Part shown: positions 57,421 to 64,000 of the stretch, one piece after another
Layout of the letters: each line of letters starts with the position of its first letter
How positions within the stretch are numbered: position 1 is the stretch's first letter
Assembly (NCBI GenBank): GCA_965198005.1
Contig: CBDAOI010000004.1
Coordinates: 576,001-640,000 of the forward strand
Source: Spirochaetia bacterium
GTDB taxonomy: Bacteria; Spirochaetota; Spirochaetia; SZUA-6; Bin103
Direction: 5' to 3'
Length of the DNA stretch: 64,000 bases
Notes under the pieces: model-generated
What the model was told of the DNA's origin: nothing
The model's input: the letters and a program-made list of their open reading frames with translations, nothing else
Database searches by the model: none
Made by a program: the position numbers and the translations under genes

Positions 57421-58416
57421 TCACGGCACGCTCACCAGTGGCGGCGCCGCCAGCGCCGGCCGGCCGGCCCGGAACCGTTCCACCACGGCGCGGGCGGCGG
57501 CCAGGTCGGTGGTCTCCATCAGCGCCACCCGCAGGTGCCGGGTGCCGGGGAAGCCGCTCAGGTACGCCTTGAAGTGGCGCCGCATCTCCACGAACGGGCG
57601 CACCTCGCCGAGCAGGCGGTGGAACAGGGCGGCGTGCTCCAGCATCACGTCGAGCACCGTGTCCAGCGGCAGCTCCCGCTTGGACAGCGTCGGGTTGAAC
57701 AGCCACGGGTTGCCGAAGATGGCGCGGCCCAGCATGACGCCGTCGGCGCCGGTCAGGGCGGCTAGGTCGCGGGCATGGGTGGGATCGCGCACGTCGCCGT
57801 TGCCGATGATCGGGACGCCGCTGCCGCGGGCCAGGCGGACGGCGCGCGCCACCGCGTCCCAGTGGGCGGCGGTGTTGGACAGCTCGCGCACGGTGCGCGC
57901 GTGCAGGGTGATGGCGGCGGGGCGCAGCTCCAGCAGCACGCTCAGCCACTGCTCCAGGATGTCGCGGTCGATGCCGAGGCGGGTCTTGACCGACACCGGC
58001 AGGCCGCCGGCGCCCTCGCGGGTGGCGGCGTAGATCTCGCGCATGCGAACCGGGTCCCCGATCAGCGCGGCCCCGGCACCCTGCTTGAGCACGCGGCGAT
58101 CGGGGCAGCCGGTGTTGACGTCGATGCCGTCGAAGCCGAGCCTGCGCGCGAGCTGCGCACATTGATGGAAGGTCTCCGGCCGCGGACCGAAGAACTGCAC
58201 CACCAGCGGCCGTTCGCTGGGATCGAAGGCCAGCTCGGCCAGCAGCCGTTCGCGGCCGCGTGAGCACAGCCCCTCGCACGAGGTGAACTCGGTCATCATC
58301 ACGTGCGGCCGCCCGTAGCGCGCAACGACCCGGCGGAACGCCGTGTCGGTGACGTTGGCCATCGGCGCCAGCAGCAGCATGGGCCGCGGCAGCGTATCCC
58401 AGAAGTTGACTTGCAC
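57421..58416 (-). CDS. tRNA-dihydrouridine synthase
   Basis: LAPMA, TEF, DVNTGCP, SVKTRLG, HART, GNGD, GVMLGR. Confidence 0.92.
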   Translation of the reverse strand: MQVNFWDTLPRPMLLLAPMANVTDTAFRRVVARYGRPHVMMTEFTSCEGLCSRGRERLLAELAFDPSERPLVVQFFGPRPETFHQCAQLARRLGFDGIDVNTGCPDRRVLKQGAGAALIGDPVRMREIYAATREGAGGLPVSVKTRLGIDRDILEQWLSVLLELRPAAITLHARTVRELSNTAAHWDAVARAVRLARGSGVPIIGNGDVRDPTHARDLAALTGADGVMLGRAIFGNPWLFNPTLSKRELPLDTVLDVMLEHAALFHRLLGEVRPFVEMRRHFKAYLSGFPGTRHLRVALMETTDLAAARAVVERFRAGRPALAAPPLVSVP

Positions 58417-58453
58417 CGCACCTCAACCTACGCTCTTGCTATTCTCGGGTCCA

Positions 58454-58490
58454 GGGCCATCTACACCGGCTGCAACGTCGAGAACGCCGC
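58454..58490 (+). pseudogene. 37-nt remnant of a duplicated cdd
   Basis: Identical to 56300-56336. Confidence 0.85.
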
Positions 58491-58564
58491 ATGTATACGA
58501 GGTAGACATCGCTACGCGGGTCCGCCAGCGCTCATCAGCACGCCGGCACGCTCGACCAGTTCCA

Positions 58565-59854
58565 TCACGTGGGCGTTGCGCTCTCGGCAACACGTGCGAT
58601 TGCATCCAGTTTCTCGCGGAGCTCCGGGTCGAACTCGCTCTCGGGCACGTAATCGGCCAACTCGTAGAAGCTCTTCTTGGCCATCAGGTTCGGCACCCCC
58701 AGCCTGTCGAAGTATGACTTGAACAGCGGTGTCAGAAACTCGTCGCTGGCCTTGATGCCGGGGTCCCAGGGAGAGCCCTTGCCGAGCGTCGCCAGGGCCG
58801 ACTCGACCTCCGCGATTGCGCTGCGCATCGCGCGCAGCCGTTGGTGGACCTCGGCTTCGGTGAACAGCGGCCCCGGCGCGGATTGCGCAGCCGAAGCCGT
58901 GGCGTAGGCTTCGAGCGTGGCCCGGGAGCACAGATAGTTCTCGATCTCTCGACGCTTCCAGATCTGGCACTCGACGGGTGTGAGGTCGGGTGGCGCCATT
59001 CGATCAAACAGAGCAACGCCGCGCAGGGCAGGCAGAGCCTCCTTCAATCCGTGGAAGTGGCTCTGCACGGCCGACGGCTGATTCCCCACGACCTGCACGA
59101 ACGGCCGCTCAAGCGCCCTGATCGCGGGTTCGTGGCCCAGCCGCCGGGCAAACGCCTGCAGGATGCTGAGGTCGGTCGAGCCTTCTATATAGAGCACCCA
59201 GCCGGTCTGTTCCGCCTGGTAGTACTGGTCGAACGCGATATCCCTGAGCGACTTCAGTACCTGGCTCCCGCGGTTGTCGACGCGGTGCGGCTGGCCGACA
59301 AAGGCCACGACCAGATCGCGGCCGGCGGCCTCGTTGAGCAGCACCTCGGAGTGACTGGCGGCGATGATCTGGCTGCCGCTTTCGCGCGCCACGTCGGTGA
59401 GCAGGCCGTAGATCTGGCGCTGGCGGAGAATCTCCAGGTGCGCGTCCGGTTCGTCCAGCAGCAGGACCGCGCCCGGATTCCAATCCACAGGCCCAGTGGC
59501 GGTCGCCCGACACGCCCTCGACGATGAGATCGATGCGGATGTTGCTGGTCTGGGGACGCCCCTCGACTCGCCGCACGTCTCGCACGTGCAGATCGCGCCA
59601 CAGCAGGTTGGCGTCAGGGACGGGGATCGCCACCAGATCACGCCGATTGACGGTCACTCCCGGCCGTTTCTCGGGCGTGCTCTTGCCTGACCGCTTCTCG
59701 TCCAGCGCGTGAGACCGATGTCCCAGAGCGCGAGCGCCTGCATGGCGGACGTCTTGCCGGAGTTGTTGGGACCGATGAACACCACCGGACTGCCGAGCTC
59801 GACCTCGACCTCTCCGAAGCGTTTGAAATTGCGGATGATCAGCTTGGTCAGCAC
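58565..59854 (-). pseudogene. OLD-like ABC ATPase with TOPRIM-like C-terminus, deleted and frameshifted
   Basis: IRNFKRF, GPNNSGKT, LLLDEPDAHL, ASHS and YIEGSTD spread over three frames; central region missing. Confidence 0.8.
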
Positions 59855-59953
59855 CCGGTCACGCCCTCATCAAGATTATAGCTCATGGCATCGCAGGGTT
59901 CGCCAAGATGTTGGCGGGCAGAGCGGGTTCCCGCCAGCCGGTAGAGGGGGCCG

Positions 59954-59987
59954 TTGACCCGTCAAGCATATAATGAACATTATATGC
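59954..59987 (+). promoter_or_regulatory. TA promoter/operator
   Basis: TTGACC at 59954; perfect inverted repeat GCATATAATG-AA-CATTATATGC at 59966-59987; RBS GAGG. Confidence 0.7.
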
Positions 59988-60000
59988 ATACGAGGTAGAC

Positions 60001-60228
60001 ATGCTCTCTTTCAAGGTAACCACTGTAGGTGCATCGTCCGGCGTTATCCTCACCAAGGCGGTGCTGGCCCGCCTCAGGGTCAAGAAGGGCGACACGCTCT
60101 ACCTGACCGAGGCCCCGGACGGCGCCTATCGGCTGACCGCGTATGATCCCGACTTCGCCCGCCAGATGGCGCTGGCCGAAGAGATCATGCATGACGACCG
60201 TGAGGTGCTGCGGGCGCTGGCCAAGTGA
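60001..60228 (+). CDS. AbrB/MazE-type antitoxin
   Basis: KVTTVGASSGVILTK...GDTLYL; GTGA overlap with doc. Confidence 0.88.
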   Translation: MLSFKVTTVGASSGVILTKAVLARLRVKKGDTLYLTEAPDGAYRLTAYDPDFARQMALAEEIMHDDREVLRALAK

Positions 60229-60407
60229 GCAGCGGTGGCGAGGCATGGCGTTGGCTTGAAAGCAGTGTCGTCTTCGCGATCCATGACCGCCAACTCGCCG
60301 AGCACGGCGGCATGGACGGTATCCGCGATCGAGGTATGGTGGAATCCGCACTGGCCCGGCCGGCCAACCTCGCGCGCTACGGGAATGCCGACGCAGCGGA
60401 CCTTTAA
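60225..60407 (+). pseudogene. Truncated Doc (death-on-curing) toxin
   Basis: IHDRQLAEHGG.DGIRD...ESALARP; stops before the HPFxDGNKR active site. Confidence 0.85.
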
Positions 60408-60463
60408 GCTGAGAGGTAATACGCCGCTGTCCGTGACACGAGTTTGTCGCTATCCTTGCCGCT

Positions 60464-63325
60464 ATGAAGCTATGCGTCACTCGCCCGGTTCGAGTACTCC
60501 TGCTGGTGCTCGCGACCGCCGCCAGCGTGACGCCACTGGGGTGGGCGCAGGCACCGCAGACCGACCTGCCGTTCGATCCCAGCGTGCTCCGTGGAACGCT
60601 CAGCAACGGGCTGGTGTACTACGTCCGGGACAACCCGGATCCACGCGGCCGCGCGCATCTCCTGTTGGTGGTACGGGCGGGCTCGGCACTGGAGGAGGAG
60701 CACGAGCGCGGCCTCGCGCACTTCGTTGAGCACATGGCCGTGCACGGGACTGCCCGGTTTTCGGGCAAGGAGCTCACCGATTTCCTCAAGTTGAGCGCGT
60801 CTGAATCCGATCCCGACCTCAATACCAGATTCGATGAAACCGTGTTCCGGATCGAGATACCCACCGACGACGCCGCGGTAGTCAAGACTGCGTTCGAGAT
60901 ACTCAGTGACTGGGCCTACGGGATCAGCTTCGACCCTACTGCGCTGGAGCGGGAACGCCGCGTCGTTCTGCGCGAGTTGCGGACGAATCACGGGGTTGTC
61001 CCACGAATCTTTGCGCGGCACGTACCGAAGCTTTTCGGGGCCTCTCGCTACGCGGAAAGACTGCCGATGGGCCAACGACGGGTGCTCGCTACGGCATCCG
61101 CCGCGCACCTGCGAGCATTCTACGAACGCTGGTACCGCCCCGATCTGATGGCGGTAATCGCCGTAGGCGACTTTGACCCGGATCAAATCGCCGACACTAT
61201 CCGACACCAGTTCGCGCCGCCCCCGGAGGGAGCAGCCCAACCGGCACGCGCACGCCGTCCGGAGCCACCAACCAGCCGGCCTCGGTTCACCGTTCCCAGC
61301 CATGCCGCTCCCCGGGTCGGCATAGCAATGGACTCGGACATGGGGGCTACCTGGGTAACTCTTTACCGCAAACAGCCGGCTGAAACCGGCCAGGACGTCG
61401 CTGCATTCCGCCGTCGATTCATGGTCGACGTGCTGGTCCAGCGGATGCTCGCCGGCCGACTGTCCAAGCGTACCCAGACGGCCGACCCGCCCTATCTCTC
61501 CGTGTTGGTTGGCCGGTTATCCCTCGTGGCGGATACGGCTGCCTGGACGGTCTTCGCTCAGGTGGATCAGGATGGGGTTGGGCGCGGTGTGGAGACTCTG
61601 ATCGAGGAGATTCAACACGTGCTGCGCCATGGCTTCACCCCCGCTGAGCTGGAGCGCGAGAAGGCGGTGCGCCTGCGTGAGGTGGAGGATATCGAGCAAG
61701 GACGGGTCCCGTTGCCTTCGCGCCTATTCGCGGAGGAGTACGTGCGCCACTTCCTGTATGCCGAACCGGTGCCGGGGATTACCGCCGAGTACGAACTGCA
61801 CCGGCGCCTGCTGCCGGAGATTTCGCTGGCGGAGGTGAACGGGGTGCCCGCGGCGTGGCGGGATCTGCGGGACACCGTATTGTTCGTGTTGGGGCCCGAG
61901 GGTGTGGCGTCCGGCCCCGAAGCGGAGCAGGCGCTGCTGGCCAAGCTGACCGGTGCCGGTGCCCCGGAGGTGCCGAGTGAGAGCCGCGCGCGCGATGTGC
62001 CACTGTTGGTGCCGCGGCCCGAGCCGGGGAGCATCACCGCCGAACGCCGCATCGAAGCAATCGACGCGGTACGGTGGACCCTCTCCAACGGGGTGACGGT
62101 CATCGCCAAACAGACCGAATTCCGGAGTGACGAGGTGCTGGTGGCGGCGAGTAGCCCCGGCGGCGCCTCAGTCGTTGCGGACGCCGACTACATTCCCGCG
62201 CTCACTGCCGCCGAAATCGTTCGGGGCAGCGGCGCCGGACCGTACGACTGGGAGGCACTTGAGGAACTCCTGTCCGGCAACACCGCTGAGGTGAGGCCTT
62301 ACATTCGCGATTTGCATGAGGGGTTCACCGGCAGTTCCGCACCGTGGGATCTGGAAGCGCTGTTTCAACTCATCACCCTGTATGCCACCGAACCACGGTT
62401 CGATCCCGCCTACTATATGCTCTACTTGCTGGCCCTGCACAACCGTTGCAATATCCCGCCCACGTCCCAGATTATTGCGCTGCTTCACGACGACACGCTC
62501 CATAGTGCGACGACCGGGAATCACTTCCGCAGGACGACGCTCTCGTGTGATCGGCTGCAGCGGCTCAATCTGGAGCGCTCCGCCGCCGTCTATGCGGACC
62601 GATTCCGAGATTTCAGTGATTTCACCTTCGTGGTCGTCGGTGCGTTTGACTGGGACCAGCTCCGCACGCTGACCACTACCTATTTGGCCACGCTGCCCGC
62701 CGCCGGACGCGTGGAGCAATGGCGCGACGCGGGGATTGCCGCCCCCGCGGGCGTGGTCGATCGCGTGCTCCATCAGCAGACCGATGCAGGCAGCGTCACA
62801 CGCCTTGTGTTCGCCTGGGAGATGGCGGGGAGCTGGATGGAGACAGCGACCCTCCTGGTACTCAGCGAGATGCTTGAGGTTCGTCTCCAGGAGCGGCTGC
62901 AGAACGAATTGGGAGCGGCCTCTTGGGTCTACGCTCGTTCCACGGTGACGTCGCTGCTTCCTGATCCCCAGTACTGGGTGTTTGTCACGCTGGGTAGTGA
63001 GCCCCATCGCGCCGACGAGATGCTGGAGGAGGTATTTGGAGCCATAGACTGGCTGATAGCCGGGAGTGAGCAGAGCGATCTGGAGCAGGCCAAGGAGTAC
63101 TTGCGTGAGTTGAATTCGGGATCAAGGCTAACCAACGACTTCTGGCTCAACCAGATCGACGTGGTGGTGAAGCGCGGCGAGCCCTTCAGCGCGATTACCG
63201 GCATGGATCAACTGCTTGAAGCGATCACGCTGGAGCAGGTCACGGCGGCGGCGCGAAGCTACCTACGCCGCGATCGCTATGTGCGCGTGGTGCTGCTACC
63301 GGAGGCCGCCACCGAGGCCGAATAA
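60464..63325 (+). CDS. M16 family zinc peptidase (PqqL-like)
   Basis: Signal peptide; GTLSNGLVYY, GLAHFVEHM (HxxEH), FYERWYRPDLM. Confidence 0.92.
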   Translation: MKLCVTRPVRVLLLVLATAASVTPLGWAQAPQTDLPFDPSVLRGTLSNGLVYYVRDNPDPRGRAHLLLVVRAGSALEEEHERGLAHFVEHMAVHGTARFSGKELTDFLKLSASESDPDLNTRFDETVFRIEIPTDDAAVVKTAFEILSDWAYGISFDPTALERERRVVLRELRTNHGVVPRIFARHVPKLFGASRYAERLPMGQRRVLATASAAHLRAFYERWYRPDLMAVIAVGDFDPDQIADTIRHQFAPPPEGAAQPARARRPEPPTSRPRFTVPSHAAPRVGIAMDSDMGATWVTLYRKQPAETGQDVAAFRRRFMVDVLVQRMLAGRLSKRTQTADPPYLSVLVGRLSLVADTAAWTVFAQVDQDGVGRGVETLIEEIQHVLRHGFTPAELEREKAVRLREVEDIEQGRVPLPSRLFAEEYVRHFLYAEPVPGITAEYELHRRLLPEISLAEVNGVPAAWRDLRDTVLFVLGPEGVASGPEAEQALLAKLTGAGAPEVPSESRARDVPLLVPRPEPGSITAERRIEAIDAVRWTLSNGVTVIAKQTEFRSDEVLVAASSPGGASVVADADYIPALTAAEIVRGSGAGPYDWEALEELLSGNTAEVRPYIRDLHEGFTGSSAPWDLEALFQLITLYATEPRFDPAYYMLYLLALHNRCNIPPTSQIIALLHDDTLHSATTGNHFRRTTLSCDRLQRLNLERSAAVYADRFRDFSDFTFVVVGAFDWDQLRTLTTTYLATLPAAGRVEQWRDAGIAAPAGVVDRVLHQQTDAGSVTRLVFAWEMAGSWMETATLLVLSEMLEVRLQERLQNELGAASWVYARSTVTSLLPDPQYWVFVTLGSEPHRADEMLEEVFGAIDWLIAGSEQSDLEQAKEYLRELNSGSRLTNDFWLNQIDVVVKRGEPFSAITGMDQLLEAITLEQVTAAARSYLRRDRYVRVVLLPEAATEAE

Positions 63326-63737
63326 TCGGCCCGGGTACGCCGCCGACACGGGCTGCGAGCGCTTCGTTGCGCGGTTCAACGCTCCGGTTCTACGACTACC
63401 TTCGACGCCATAAAGCTAAGAGTCGAAAGTTCGCACCACCCGCCGACCGTCTCCGTAGACGATTTGGTACGTCTTCACATCGAACGAGATACCCAGCGCA
63501 AAATAAGCGATAAGATGGTGGATCGTATGCGGGAGTGAACAAAATCGTCATTTTGCGGCAGTTTTTGCGCGCTCATCGGTGTGCGAGCGTGGCTCGGACA
63601 GCATCCGTCGGCGAAATTGTCTGGCGCCCGGGGATGAACAGGTTCATGCGGCTGTTCGGCGGCCAAATTGACCCTCTGTGGTAGTTTCCGGGCATACTGC
63701 TCCCTGCAACGCGGATCACCGAGCAGCCGACGCCGAG

Positions 63738-64000
63738 CTAGATCCGGAGCGCAGCCAGCCGGCCAAGCGCGCTGCCAAACCTCTGGTAGTATTCTCCCGC
63801 AGGCAGCTTGAGCAGCACGCTGCCCCGCCCCGTCTTGGCCACGATCCCCGCTTGGCAGATCCACAGATACAGAAAGCGCTTGAAGCGCAGCACCGCTCCA
63901 TCGCCAAGCTCAAGCAGATTCAGCATCCACGTCTTCAGATTCCAGGCCAGGGCTGCGATCAGAAAGTAAGCTTGGTTCGCGGCCAGGGAGCCGGTGGGGA
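63738..64000 (-). mobile_element. IS1380-family transposase, C-terminal part (continues beyond window end)
   Basis: PTGSLAANQAYFLIAALAWNLKTW pattern. Confidence 0.7.

Noticed and set aside
56725-59948. Recurring CCGGTAGAGG decamer (also reverse-complemented near 193 and 54907)
   Set aside because: Too short and GC-rich to distinguish from chance by eye; one copy is inside a CDS and another is part of the duplication
60225-60407. Active Phd/Doc-type toxin
   Set aside because: Truncated before the Fic catalytic motif
1-64000. tRNA or rRNA genes
   Set aside because: No cloverleaf/T-loop context or rRNA-like stretch found by eye; a tRNAscan-SE/Infernal run would be decisive

Overview
High-GC bacterial chromosomal window. 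Spirochaetota is a plausible origin, inferred only from the LWAxGxxEE-type leaders of the solute-binding proteins. 1-17.7 kb is an accessory/defence region. It holds a DUF499 ATPase, a small partner gene and a DUF1156 DNA methylase (restriction-like system; the methylase runs off the left edge and is absent from the ORF track). This system is split by about 12 kb of cargo: a PIN/RHH toxin-antitoxin pair, two Dpp/Opp-type transporter clusters (one decayed), two group II intron remnants, an IS fragment and a 126-nt repeat. A Schlafen/AlbA-HATPase gene lies directly upstream of DUF499. 18-26 kb is an unusual partner-switching cluster: RsbW kinase, membrane sensor, sensor-HAMP-MFS fusion, SBP, SpoIIE with a degenerate kinase tail, GPP34 and STAS. 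26-54 kb is mostly housekeeping and envelope genes (yceI, SMUG1, lpoB/CsgG operon, mtaB, alaA, M8 protease, GT4/DUF350 cluster, K+ channel, mraY, AKR, purF, futA, leuA with a Leu attenuator, trxB, sodA). It also contains a stand-alone protein with two RNAP alpha-CTD-like domains plus a sigma70 region 4. 54-60 kb is a tandem duplication resolved by reciprocal deletions (dus vs lipA/cdd). It is followed by decayed ATPase and doc genes, an M16 peptidase and an IS1380 end. No tRNA, rRNA or CRISPR array was found. Family names come from motif recognition by eye, not from database searches.
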